This document shows, in pieces, positions 50,907 through 60,985 of a stretch of DNA of 64,000 nucleotides (its first letter is position 1; every line of letters starts with the position of its first letter). Under the pieces are notes generated by a model. That model was not told the DNA's origin. It saw only the letters and a list, made by a program, of their open reading frames with translations, and made no database searches. This DNA is from Candidatus Heimdallarchaeota archaeon (lineage in GTDB: Archaea; Asgardarchaeota; Heimdallarchaeia; JABLTI01). The position numbers were made by a program, and so were the translations under genes. The stretch is taken from the NCBI GenBank assembly GCA_018238155.1, contig JABCTZ010000001.1, forward strand, positions 1-64,000, given 5' to 3'.

Positions 50907-51263
50907 CTACCAACTACTCACATCTACTCGCCATTCACCATCTTCATCAACTATAAGATGAATGGGTACTTGTCCTTGTTGTTTTCCTTCCCTGTTTATG
51001 CGATGGAAAAACAATTTGATGTGTTTCTCGGAACTTTGTCTCTCATCTTTATGTTTGAAAGTATAAGAGTAACCATATTGCTCTTTGTATCTTTGACCTG
51101 TTTTCCACCAATAAAATGGTCCATGACCACGTGAATTAACGGTTGATTGTTTCGCTTGTTTGATTGTTTTAATCCATTCTTCTTTTTTGCCTTCCAAAAG
51201 TAATTCATAATGGAGGGTAGCAATTTCCAGCGCACTCATTCCGAGTTTAACTTTTTTCGTCAT
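50907..51263 (-). CDS. Hypothetical protein (possibly NTF2-like fold), translationally coupled to the TPR gene
   Basis: ATGA overlap with the 51260 stop; ends PIHLIVDEDGEWRV. Confidence 0.6.
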   Translation of the reverse strand: MTKKVKLGMSALEIATLHYELLLEGKKEEWIKTIKQAKQSTVNSRGHGPFYWWKTGQRYKEQYGYSYTFKHKDERQSSEKHIKLFFHRINREGKQQGQVPIHLIVDEDGEWRVDVSSW

Positions 51264-52096
51264 TTCTTATCGCCAACTGACTTTTCTTTCAATTCTTCTT
51301 GAGCATTATTTAGATTTATTTGAGCTAATCCAAATTCTGATTCAATCTGTAGGGCTTGTTCATAATATTCAATTGCTTTCTCCAAATTGCCTTTTTGATG
51401 ATATGCCCATCCCAGATTATTATAAGCAAAGAAATAAGTTGGATCTATGGAAATAGCTTTTTCATGTAGTTCAATAGCTTTATCAAAGTTGCCTTTTTCA
51501 TGATAAGCAAGACCCAAATTAGATAAAACTACTATATCCCGTGGTTTTAATTCTAATATCTCTTCAGATATTGTAATTGCTTTGTCGTATTCCTTTTTCA
51601 CCAAATGAATTAAAGCAATGGTGTTTTTTGGTTCAGTCATAGACGGTGAAAATTCGAGTGCTTTATTACAGTATTCAAGGGCTAAATCGAATTCTACCAT
51701 GCCATAATAAATTGTTGCTATATCATTATATACTCCCGGATCATCTGGAGTTATTTTCAACATGTTTTTCCATGCATCAATTGCTTTTTCATATTCACCT
51801 CTTCTTTCATAAACTATAGCTAAATTTCTTCGTACAACTATGAGTTTATCATTTAGCTCTATAGCCTTCAGGTAGCATTCGATTGCTTCTTCAGTTTTAT
51901 CCAAATAATTGTTGGCTAAACCGATGTTACTCCAAGCTTCTGCATAGTTGGGATCAATTTCTAATGATCGTTCAAAAATCTCTATTGCTTTATCAAATTG
52001 ACCTATTTCTCCATAGTTTATCCCCAATTCATTTAATTCCTTAACATCATCTATTTCAGCAAAATCTTTTGGTTTGTCTGTATTTTCATTCGTCAT
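51260..52096 (-). CDS. Tetratricopeptide repeat protein
   Basis: About seven canonical 34-aa TPRs (e.g. AYNNLGWAYHQKGNLEKAIEYYEQAL). Confidence 0.92.
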   Translation of the reverse strand: MTNENTDKPKDFAEIDDVKELNELGINYGEIGQFDKAIEIFERSLEIDPNYAEAWSNIGLANNYLDKTEEAIECYLKAIELNDKLIVVRRNLAIVYERRGEYEKAIDAWKNMLKITPDDPGVYNDIATIYYGMVEFDLALEYCNKALEFSPSMTEPKNTIALIHLVKKEYDKAITISEEILELKPRDIVVLSNLGLAYHEKGNFDKAIELHEKAISIDPTYFFAYNNLGWAYHQKGNLEKAIEYYEQALQIESEFGLAQINLNNAQEELKEKSVGDKK

Positions 52097-52315
52097 TATA
52101 TTCTCTCCAAATTTACTCGAGAAGAAATTGATTTCCTTGATTTACAAGCAATAATTATTATTAATGTTCATAAATATTATTCAGCAACTAAAACACCATT
52201 AATTATGCAAGAAATTTTTCAAAGTAAAATAAATAATGTTTTCCTTCTATTTCATTGACATATAAATTGGCACCTTGTGATTTCATTATCTTAGAAATAG
52301 TTTTTATTTATCCTA

Positions 52316-55126
52316 TTGTTTTTCTATAGTATGGTATCTGGTTTTGATAAGACTGTAGAAGAAATCTATGATTTGTTAGATTCACAATTTGAAGGATTAT
52401 CTACAGAGGAAGCAAAAAAAAGAATTGAAAAACATGGTCAGAATATTGTTTCTTCCGAAAAAAAGACAAGTTCAATCAAACTTTTTCTAAGTCAATTCAA
52501 GGATCTCCTTGTAATTATTCTTTTAATTGCTGGTCTCATTACTGGAGTAATTGGTATTATTGAGTCGAATTTGGAAGCAATAATTGATGTCAGTGCAATA
52601 GCAATAGTTGTTCTATTAAATGCCTGTTTAGGTTTTTATCAAGAATATTCTGCCGAAAAAGCTATTAGCGCTTTGAGAAAGCTCTCTGAAAGTCAAGTTA
52701 TTGTTGTTAGAGACCACAAAAAAATATACATCGATTCTGAATATGTCGTTCCTGGAGATATTATTTTTCTGGAAGCAGGTAATTCAGTTGTTGCCGATAT
52801 TCGATTAATTCAATCCTATGAAATCAGAGTGAGCGAAGGCATTCTAACTGGCGAATCGACCACAATTGCCAAGCATACGGATTCTCTTCCAACAGATACA
52901 CAATTAGCTGATAGAAAAAATACTCTTTTCAAAGGAACTACGATTGTTAATGGTTCTGGTTTGGGTATTGTTGTAAGCACAGGGTTCCTTACAGAATTGG
53001 GCAAGATTGCTTCTTCATTGCTTTCAATTGAGCAAGAAGATACTCCTATCCAAAAGAAACTCGATCAACTTGCAAAACAAATAACAATTGGTATAGGCAT
53101 TCTTTCGGTAATTATCTTTCTTATTGGTATCCTTTCAATTGGTGTGAGTAGTTGGGCTGTTTTATTGATCTTTTCTATTGGATTAGCTGTTGCAGCAGTC
53201 CCAGAAGGGTTACCAGCTGTTCTAACGCTTTCACTGGCTTTAGGGATTAATCGTTTAGCAAAGAAAAATGCTCTTGTGAGAAAATTGCCTGCGGTTGAAG
53301 TTCTAGGCTCATCTACTATTATTTGTACAGATAAAACAGGTACACTTACTCGAAATGAACAAACGGTTAGATTAATTTGGACTTTGGATACAAAGTATAG
53401 TGTTACAGGTGATGGATATTTCAGCTCTGGAAATATCGTTGCTAAAGAAACTGGGAAAAAAGAAGAATCATTAACAAATTCTACTCTTCTTAAAAATATT
53501 GAAATCGGTGCTTTAGCTAATGAAGCTGCAATTGAAAAACAAGGTGAAAATGATCCCTACAAAATATTTGGTGATCCTACAGAAGTTGCACTACTAATTC
53601 TTGCTGAGAAAGGACAAACGATGGAAACAATTCAATCTGAATGGTCTTTAGAATATCTCTTTCCTTTTGATAGCGATAGAAAACGTATGAGTGTTATTGT
53701 TAAAAATCGCAAAACTGAAAAATATGCTATTATGGTTAAAGGTGCGCTTGATATTTTACTTGATTTCTGCACAAATCAATTTTCGAATAACGTTGTAAGT
53801 CCACTTGAGAAAGCAAGTAAGCAAATCATTATTCAAAATAGTGAAAATTATTCTGCGAGTTACGCTTACAGGATTCTTGGAATGGCTTTTAGAGAAATAA
53901 CTGATGAAGAAGCAGAAAAATTACTGCTTTCTAAAAAGTCAGAATTAGTTGAACGGAATCTCACATTTGCTGGGTTTGTAGGGATGATAGACCCACCACG
54001 AACTCAATCCCGTCCTGCTATTCTCAAAGCAAAAGCTGCTGGTATTAGAGTCATCATGATTACTGGCGATCACGTTGAAACTGCAAAAGCAATTGGACGT
54101 TCAATAAGTCTTACAACAAGCACAACCCCAATTACCGGAAAAGTGCTGGATAAAATGACCGATGATGAACTTGAGTTAATCGTTCAAACAACAGATATTT
54201 TCGCTCGAGTTAATCCTCATCATAAACTGCGTATTATCAATGCCCTAAAAAAACTGGGTGAAATTGTTACCATGACTGGTGATGGTGTTAATGATTCGCC
54301 TGCCCTAAAAAGAGCAGATATTGGTGTAGCAATGGGTATAACTGGAACAGATGTATCCAAAGAAGCAAGTGATATGATTTTAGTAGATGATAACTTCGCA
54401 AATATAATTGAAGCTGTTTCAGAAGGACGAACAATCTATTCGAATATTAAAAAATTCATTGGTTACCTTCTCTCAGCAAATGCAGGAGAACTAATCACTG
54501 TTCTTTTTGGAATTATTTTTGGTCTAATTTTCTTCAAAACAACAATTATCCCTATTTTGACCATCCAATTACTCTACATTAATTTGCTAACAGATACTTT
54601 TCCAGCACTTGCTTTAGGTGTGAGCCCCGCAGAGGAAGATATTATGCTTCGCAAACCTCGAAATCCAAAAGAACCTCTAATTGATAAGGAGATGCTAGTT
54701 TCAATAATCACATCGGGACTGATGTATGGCATCGGCACACTCTTTGGTTATTTCTGGGCGATGGGTTTTACATTATCAACTGATGTTGAGACGGTGAAAG
54801 CTGCTCAAACAATGGTTTTTGTTTCACTTGTTGTTTACCAACTTCTTCATTCATTGTCCTTGTGTCAAGATGATTTGATTTTTACTAAAAAATTTTTCAA
54901 AAATCATAAACTCTTTCTAGCAGTACTATTTAGCATTATTATGCTTGTTATCGCATTGTATGTACCATTTATGTCAAGATTTGCTCATACAACTCCTTTG
55001 AATGGGATGCAGTGGTTGATTGTATTACTAACTGCGCTTCCAATCATGATTGCTGATGAAGTAAGAAAATTCATTTTTAATAGGATAAGGAAGAACAAGA
55101 TAGCAGAATTAAATGATACTTACTGA
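52316..55126 (+). CDS. Cation-transporting P-type ATPase (type IIA, Ca2+-like)
   Basis: LTGES, VPEGL, DKTGTLT, KGA, MITGD, TGDGVND, LLTD; likely start ATG 52331. Confidence 0.95.
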   Translation: MFFYSMVSGFDKTVEEIYDLLDSQFEGLSTEEAKKRIEKHGQNIVSSEKKTSSIKLFLSQFKDLLVIILLIAGLITGVIGIIESNLEAIIDVSAIAIVVLLNACLGFYQEYSAEKAISALRKLSESQVIVVRDHKKIYIDSEYVVPGDIIFLEAGNSVVADIRLIQSYEIRVSEGILTGESTTIAKHTDSLPTDTQLADRKNTLFKGTTIVNGSGLGIVVSTGFLTELGKIASSLLSIEQEDTPIQKKLDQLAKQITIGIGILSVIIFLIGILSIGVSSWAVLLIFSIGLAVAAVPEGLPAVLTLSLALGINRLAKKNALVRKLPAVEVLGSSTIICTDKTGTLTRNEQTVRLIWTLDTKYSVTGDGYFSSGNIVAKETGKKEESLTNSTLLKNIEIGALANEAAIEKQGENDPYKIFGDPTEVALLILAEKGQTMETIQSEWSLEYLFPFDSDRKRMSVIVKNRKTEKYAIMVKGALDILLDFCTNQFSNNVVSPLEKASKQIIIQNSENYSASYAYRILGMAFREITDEEAEKLLLSKKSELVERNLTFAGFVGMIDPPRTQSRPAILKAKAAGIRVIMITGDHVETAKAIGRSISLTTSTTPITGKVLDKMTDDELELIVQTTDIFARVNPHHKLRIINALKKLGEIVTMTGDGVNDSPALKRADIGVAMGITGTDVSKEASDMILVDDNFANIIEAVSEGRTIYSNIKKFIGYLLSANAGELITVLFGIIFGLIFFKTTIIPILTIQLLYINLLTDTFPALALGVSPAEEDIMLRKPRNPKEPLIDKEMLVSIITSGLMYGIGTLFGYFWAMGFTLSTDVETVKAAQTMVFVSLVVYQLLHSLSLCQDDLIFTKKFFKNHKLFLAVLFSIIMLVIALYVPFMSRFAHTTPLNGMQWLIVLLTALPIMIADEVRKFIFNRIRKNKIAELNDTY

Positions 55127-55371
55127 AGGATTTTGGGAAAGTTTACTCTAAATAACTTCCAAATAAAGTAAATTAGATAATTGAAATCTTACTAATAGTT
55201 GGTTGGAATTGCTTCATATTGAATCAATGAAACTCTTTGAGACTACAATTTGTTGATTTTATGCCCAATTTTATTTTTTGGGAAAACTATAATAATCTCA
55301 AATTTAACGTAAATGTTAGTTATTTATCTATTTGAAAAGTTTTTTTCAAATAAAAACAGGAGAGTAGTATT

Positions 55372-57774
55372 TTGTCTAAAAAAAGTGGAATGATTTGTTC
55401 TAATTGTGGCGTTAATGTAGCTGTTGGTAAATTCTGTCCAAAGTGTGGCGTGGCTTTATCAATATCACTTGAACAAGAATTTGATATCCAAAAAAATAGG
55501 TTGGATGAAATAAGCAAAAAACTTGTTAATTTTGAAAGTTCTGTTTTAAAAGCTCTAGCACTTGACTATCATCAAAAATTCGATGAAATTAAATTTAGTA
55601 TCGATACTTTGATCAATAAAATAGTTCATGATTCTGAAAGAATGAATCTTGAAGGTAAAGAGCTTGAGAGTTCTTTAATAATTTGTTTTAGTTGTGGACA
55701 AGAAGTTGCGCTTACAAAATTCTGTCAAAATTGTGGTAAATCCTTGGTTGAATTTGAAGGCGATTATAAGCAAGGATATGTGCAATATTTGGCTCAAACC
55801 CAGAGAAAGGTTAATCTTTTTAGAGACATGGTTGCAAAAATACTTGCAATTGAAGCTCTCACTGATTTAGAGATTATTATTAAAAACATAAGACAATTGA
55901 TTCTCTATTTTAATAGAGAAGAAGTAGAAAAAGTAACAATCGAAAAAGGTCGAGAGGACGTCGATAGCTCCACTGTTGTTTCGGAGAAAAAACAACCGAG
56001 GACTGCTATTCCAAAGAAACAATTTGAAAAAATGCCTGTTGTTACACCGAAAAAAGCATCCTCGCAAACACAACCAAGTGTTAAGAAAGCAGAAATTAAA
56101 CCTGAACGCAAGAAAAGTGCTGCATATAGCAAGCTCGAAAAAAATCTGCTCGATTATTGGTTCTTTTATCTTGCAACAATTATCTTTAGTGTTGGAATCT
56201 CCATTACTCTTTATTTCGTTTCTGTTGAATTGGAATCAGAGGTTTGGCAATTAGTAATTATTTATTCTATTGGTGCAATAATAATTGGTTTTGGTCAGGG
56301 TCTTAATTTATTAGCAAAACATAACAAGAAGAAAAAATTAGCGAAAGAAGAATCTAAACAAACTTCTGATAAAAAGAAGCAACCTTCGCAAGATGAAATT
56401 ATTAAATATACCCCACAAATGACTTCTGTTATTTCATTTATCGGATTTATTGTCCTCTTTATTGGTGGAATCATTGGTATATTATCTTATGAATCTCTGG
56501 GTGTTTCAAAAGGAGTTTTTATTGGTCTTAGTTTAGGTTTAAGTGCTGTTTGTATGGCAATAAGTATCTTGAATAAATCAGAACTCTTAGCTTTGACTAG
56601 TATTCTTCAAGCAATTATTTTTGTTGCAGTTGATCTTTTATGGGCTCAATATCCTCCTATTCTAAGTAACATCTCAAGTTTAATTGTGTATTCTTTGATA
56701 ATTATTGGTGCTACTTGCGTTTCTGTATTCTTCAAAAAATGGACTGTTTCAGCTGTGTCAATGGCTGTTATTCCTATTCTAATTTGTATACCAAGAGTAT
56801 ATTCGCAGATAGGTCTTGAATTTTTAATTCTGATATTTGTACCAATTATGATTATTTTGACTATTCAATTTGGTTCCGAAAAAATACCTATGCCTATCAA
56901 AAGAAGCTTAGTTGTTTTATCATTTATTCTTCCAACAATATCTGTATTTGTTATTTCACTCACAAGTTATTATAATCCAATTACTGAACCTGTTTGGGCT
57001 GCCTATCAATCATATCAATCGTTGCTTATCGGAGTAGTGATTATTGGTATATCTTATTATTATCAATTCATCCAAGAGAAGCATTTAGATATCAAATCTT
57101 CAAATGAGATCATTTGGTTTGCAGGACAAATTCTTACAGGGATAATAGCTTTTCTAACTGTTGGGCTTTACAAAGATATATTGATAACATCATTATTCTT
57201 TACAATCTTCTTTATCTTTGGAATTTTAAGCACGATTAAATTCTTTAGAGAAAAATTGGCTGTTCAAAATATTATCGCTTCTTTTGTTATAGCTGAAATA
57301 CTTGCTATTCTTATTATTGTCTTAGTGGATGTAAATACAACAGCACAAGCTATACTTGTTTTTATTCTCGGAATTTCGTTTGTGCTTATAACAATAGTTA
57401 GCCTATTTATTCCACATTTGCTTCACCAACAACCAGTACTCTTTTTTATTTGGTTTACTCTTTCAACAATCAATCTAATTTTGCTAGGTTTGATGGAAAT
57501 AATTAGTCCATGGTTAACTTTTGTGATCATTGTTCTTCATTTGAGTTGTTCAATAATAGCTGCTCTTCCAATAATCATACCAAAAGCAACTCGTTGGCGA
57601 GAGTTTTCGGTGACATCCTTAATCCTTAATGGTATAGCAGTTCTAGTATTCTTATTAAGTGGGAGATTTGCTTACTTTGATTATGTTCCACTTATTATTT
57701 TCATATTCTTCTTCTTAGCTTCAATATCGGGCTTTATTAATTGGAAGGAACAGGAGGCAATTATCAATGAATAA
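55372..57774 (+). CDS. Large multi-pass membrane protein with two N-terminal Zn-ribbon modules (DUF2339-like N-half)
   Basis: CSNC/FCPKCG and CFSC/FCQNCG; LEKNLLDYW before many TMs; AGGAG site before TTG. Confidence 0.7.
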   Translation: MSKKSGMICSNCGVNVAVGKFCPKCGVALSISLEQEFDIQKNRLDEISKKLVNFESSVLKALALDYHQKFDEIKFSIDTLINKIVHDSERMNLEGKELESSLIICFSCGQEVALTKFCQNCGKSLVEFEGDYKQGYVQYLAQTQRKVNLFRDMVAKILAIEALTDLEIIIKNIRQLILYFNREEVEKVTIEKGREDVDSSTVVSEKKQPRTAIPKKQFEKMPVVTPKKASSQTQPSVKKAEIKPERKKSAAYSKLEKNLLDYWFFYLATIIFSVGISITLYFVSVELESEVWQLVIIYSIGAIIIGFGQGLNLLAKHNKKKKLAKEESKQTSDKKKQPSQDEIIKYTPQMTSVISFIGFIVLFIGGIIGILSYESLGVSKGVFIGLSLGLSAVCMAISILNKSELLALTSILQAIIFVAVDLLWAQYPPILSNISSLIVYSLIIIGATCVSVFFKKWTVSAVSMAVIPILICIPRVYSQIGLEFLILIFVPIMIILTIQFGSEKIPMPIKRSLVVLSFILPTISVFVISLTSYYNPITEPVWAAYQSYQSLLIGVVIIGISYYYQFIQEKHLDIKSSNEIIWFAGQILTGIIAFLTVGLYKDILITSLFFTIFFIFGILSTIKFFREKLAVQNIIASFVIAEILAILIIVLVDVNTTAQAILVFILGISFVLITIVSLFIPHLLHQQPVLFFIWFTLSTINLILLGLMEIISPWLTFVIIVLHLSCSIIAALPIIIPKATRWREFSVTSLILNGIAVLVFLLSGRFAYFDYVPLIIFIFFFLASISGFINWKEQEAIINE

Positions 57775-59419
57775 TAAACAAGCGCAATCAGTTTCGAAAA
57801 CAAAATCAAAGGAAAATAAAGGCGAATTAGAAGAAGCAACTGGCTCTTTGGTTCAAAAAACCTTTATCTCTAAGTACGTTCACCAAATATTTCTTCTGGT
57901 TTTTATCAATATACTCTTTATCGTTTTTGAGCTTGTGGAAGCTTTCAAAATCAATTGGATCTCTGCAATAGTTTATGGAGTAATATCTATTAGCTCAATT
58001 GGTTATATTTGGACTCAAAAGGAATCGGCTAAATTTCTTATTCCAATACCCTTTATTTCATTGTTAGTAGCAAGTCTATTGATTGACTTTCCATTGTTAA
58101 TAACAATCATTTATGGTATTAATTGTCTATTCTTTTTCATTATTGCAATTATTAAGAAAGATGCTCAAGATTCAATTATCACTACAATAACCACAGGATT
58201 AATGCTAGTAATTTTAACATCATTGTCATTAGTTAATCGAGGTTTTATAAAAGTCGACTATGAGCTAAATGCTATTAGTGGGATGTTATTTTTATGGATT
58301 GTTTGTGCAACAGTATCCACAATAATGTTGAGAGATAATCCTGGGCAGATATTTACCTATATACTTTCAGCTCAAATAATTACCGTAGTTATGCCTTTCA
58401 TTCGACCAGAAGGAGTCAATTCTAACGTTTATACCATAATTTGTGCTTTAGGATTCATAGTCACCGCAGTAACAACTTTGGTTCTGGTAACAAGACATAA
58501 AGAATTAGATGATTTTCATCTTCTTCTCTCAGTTATTGTCCTACAAATAGGCATTGTTATTCTCTCATATTCATTCAATATAGGATTTAATTGGACAAGT
58601 CCTAATAATAATGCTCTTATCATAGATTATGCTCTGCATATTCCATTAGCAATCTTTACAATAGCTAATTATCTTTTTAGTTATTTAAAAAGCAGGGAGA
58701 ATCTATTAGAAGATGAGATAGCTGCTAACGATAAAAGATATTCTCAATTCAAACCTTTCATTCTCTATTTGTCATTTGCAATATCATCATTAGCAATGTT
58801 AGGTTGGGTATTTGGCAATCTAAATCTAATCAATGTTTTAATAATTTCAATACTCTTTTTTGTTGTTGGAATTGTGATAAATAACAAGTATCTGACAATA
58901 ATTACAATGATTACATCCTATTTGTTTATAGGTTTAACAATGTCCTTTGTTGGAAGCGTTGTACTCGATATTATTCTCATTGTTTTGATAAGCATTTCAG
59001 GAGCATTGCTAATTTTCTCAATAATAAATGAAAAATGGATTAAAGGTGAGCCATTAACTACAATATTATCTCTAACTAGTTCAATGATGATAATGATCAG
59101 TTTACTTATTTTGCTGGACTTTAATAGTATCTGGATAGGCGTTAGTTGGGTGCTAATAGGTTTCTATCTCTTTGCTGGAGGAATATTTATGGAAAAAATC
59201 CTTTGGAGAAGAGTTGGGTTAGGCATTATCCTTGGAGATATCGTTTTTTCAATTGTTCTCATTGCTATTAGTGGTGGGTCGGGAATCTTCCTTGGAATAG
59301 GATTTATGGTCATTGCTGTAGTACTCTTTGGATGCATCTTCATGTTTAGATGGTCTGAGCAGAAGCAAGAGGCATACCTTCTTGCTGAAAGTGGTGATGA
59401 AAAAACACTTGAAGAATAA
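57767..59419 (+). CDS. Multi-pass membrane protein (DUF2339-like C-half), overlapping the upstream gene
   Basis: 8-nt overlap (ATGAATAA); many TMs; C-terminal WVLIG...GG.......RRVGLGI. Confidence 0.7.
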   Translation: MNNKQAQSVSKTKSKENKGELEEATGSLVQKTFISKYVHQIFLLVFINILFIVFELVEAFKINWISAIVYGVISISSIGYIWTQKESAKFLIPIPFISLLVASLLIDFPLLITIIYGINCLFFFIIAIIKKDAQDSIITTITTGLMLVILTSLSLVNRGFIKVDYELNAISGMLFLWIVCATVSTIMLRDNPGQIFTYILSAQIITVVMPFIRPEGVNSNVYTIICALGFIVTAVTTLVLVTRHKELDDFHLLLSVIVLQIGIVILSYSFNIGFNWTSPNNNALIIDYALHIPLAIFTIANYLFSYLKSRENLLEDEIAANDKRYSQFKPFILYLSFAISSLAMLGWVFGNLNLINVLIISILFFVVGIVINNKYLTIITMITSYLFIGLTMSFVGSVVLDIILIVLISISGALLIFSIINEKWIKGEPLTTILSLTSSMMIMISLLILLDFNSIWIGVSWVLIGFYLFAGGIFMEKILWRRVGLGIILGDIVFSIVLIAISGGSGIFLGIGFMVIAVVLFGCIFMFRWSEQKQEAYLLAESGDEKTLEE

Positions 59420-59441
59420 AGGAATATTGAAAAGAAGAATA

Positions 59442-60845
59442 CTATCTTCTTTTCTTTCTAAAGAAAATTATTGGGATTGTTGTTAATAAACTGCTAATTA
59501 CAATGAAAGGATAATTGATTTTGGCTTCATTGGAAGTTGAAGGAGTTAATGTAATGATTGTTGTGCTCAATTCCACTCTAAAAAGCCAAATTCTACTAAC
59601 TGTTTCACCAACAAAATGGGTAGAACCTAAGACTGTAAATGTTTCACTACCATCATAGACAAATGACCCTGCACCGTTTCCAAAAACATCACCTATAGTA
59701 AAATTCCATAGATGTGTTCCATTTTCATCTGTTCTCACAATCCAAGCATCTCCTTGACCTGCTTGGTCAAAATTGTGTGTTGATCCGAGAAAAGTTAATT
59801 CGCCATTCGGCATTTCTATTATATGATTTCCAGTATCTTCTTCTATCCCACCGAATGTTTGATTCCAAATTTGGTTTCCAAATAGATCTGTGCGAATAAC
59901 CCAAAAATCACTGCCACCTTCACCAAAACTATGTGTATTTGCAATTATTGCGAATCCTCCACTAGAACATTTAACAAGTGCTTCTGGTCGTTGATATCCC
60001 GTTTCATCTCCATATGTCATGTTCCATAACGGAATTCCAAATGAGTCTGTCTTAATTAACCACACATCACTTGACTTTGTATCATTATACGTATAGCCAA
60101 GTACTGCAAATCCTCCATCGTCACATTGCACAATACTGTGAGGTGCAAAACATCTGTCAATAGCCCAGTTATCATATACTCTTTCCCATTTTTTGATTCC
60201 ATTTAGACCAATTCTGAATATCCATATATCGCACCCACCACTTGTTGTAATTGTTACTCCACTAAGAACAAAATCACCATTTGAGCATTGAACGACAGAA
60301 CGACCAACATCGCTAATATATGTTCCACCAGTTTGTTCAGATCCACTGAAGTATTTATTCCAGATAATTGTTCCATCATCAGCAATTCGTGTAACCATAA
60401 AATCAGAATTTGTTATTGCTGCGCTCACATTATAAAATGTTGAAGCAATTACATACCCTCCCGTATCACATGCTATTATTTGATACCCTTGATCTTCTCC
60501 GACATCACCAATTGTTTGATTCCACTCTTGGTTTCCATCTGAATCTAATCCAATCAATAAAACATCCAAATCCCCTGCACCTGAGCTGTTTGTCCAACCA
60601 GAAATGGCATATTTTCCTGTAGCACTTTTTACAAGAGACTTCCCAACATTTTCCATTTCTCCACCGAATGTTTTATTCCAAAGAATTACCATTTCAGTTT
60701 CTTCAATGGTTTCGCATCCTGTAATACTGCTTGCAATTTGATTCATTTTTTCTGATTTATTTACTGGAAAATATAACAAAGTAACAATCACTAAACTCAG
60801 AAGAAAAATAGGCAATAATTTGTGATACGAGGTTTGCGTTGTCAT
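59442..60845 (-). CDS. Secreted beta-propeller protein with C-terminal membrane anchor
   Basis: Repeats W(N/E).T(F/Y)G...D...GG(F/Y)...D.W...TD..G; signal peptide; TM followed by RKKRR. Confidence 0.8.
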   Translation of the reverse strand: MTTQTSYHKLLPIFLLSLVIVTLLYFPVNKSEKMNQIASSITGCETIEETEMVILWNKTFGGEMENVGKSLVKSATGKYAISGWTNSSGAGDLDVLLIGLDSDGNQEWNQTIGDVGEDQGYQIIACDTGGYVIASTFYNVSAAITNSDFMVTRIADDGTIIWNKYFSGSEQTGGTYISDVGRSVVQCSNGDFVLSGVTITTSGGCDIWIFRIGLNGIKKWERVYDNWAIDRCFAPHSIVQCDDGGFAVLGYTYNDTKSSDVWLIKTDSFGIPLWNMTYGDETGYQRPEALVKCSSGGFAIIANTHSFGEGGSDFWVIRTDLFGNQIWNQTFGGIEEDTGNHIIEMPNGELTFLGSTHNFDQAGQGDAWIVRTDENGTHLWNFTIGDVFGNGAGSFVYDGSETFTVLGSTHFVGETVSRIWLFRVELSTTIITLTPSTSNEAKINYPFIVISSLLTTIPIIFFRKKRR

Positions 60846-60985
60846 AGTAGATAATATTTCATCATTATTTATTAATAAACTCCAACTTTACATCTGCACT
60901 TTCAAAATCAATTATCAATAATAAAAAACAAACATCTACCCAAAAGAAACCTAAAAAAGTTTCTCTTTCCACATCATCTTTGAGA

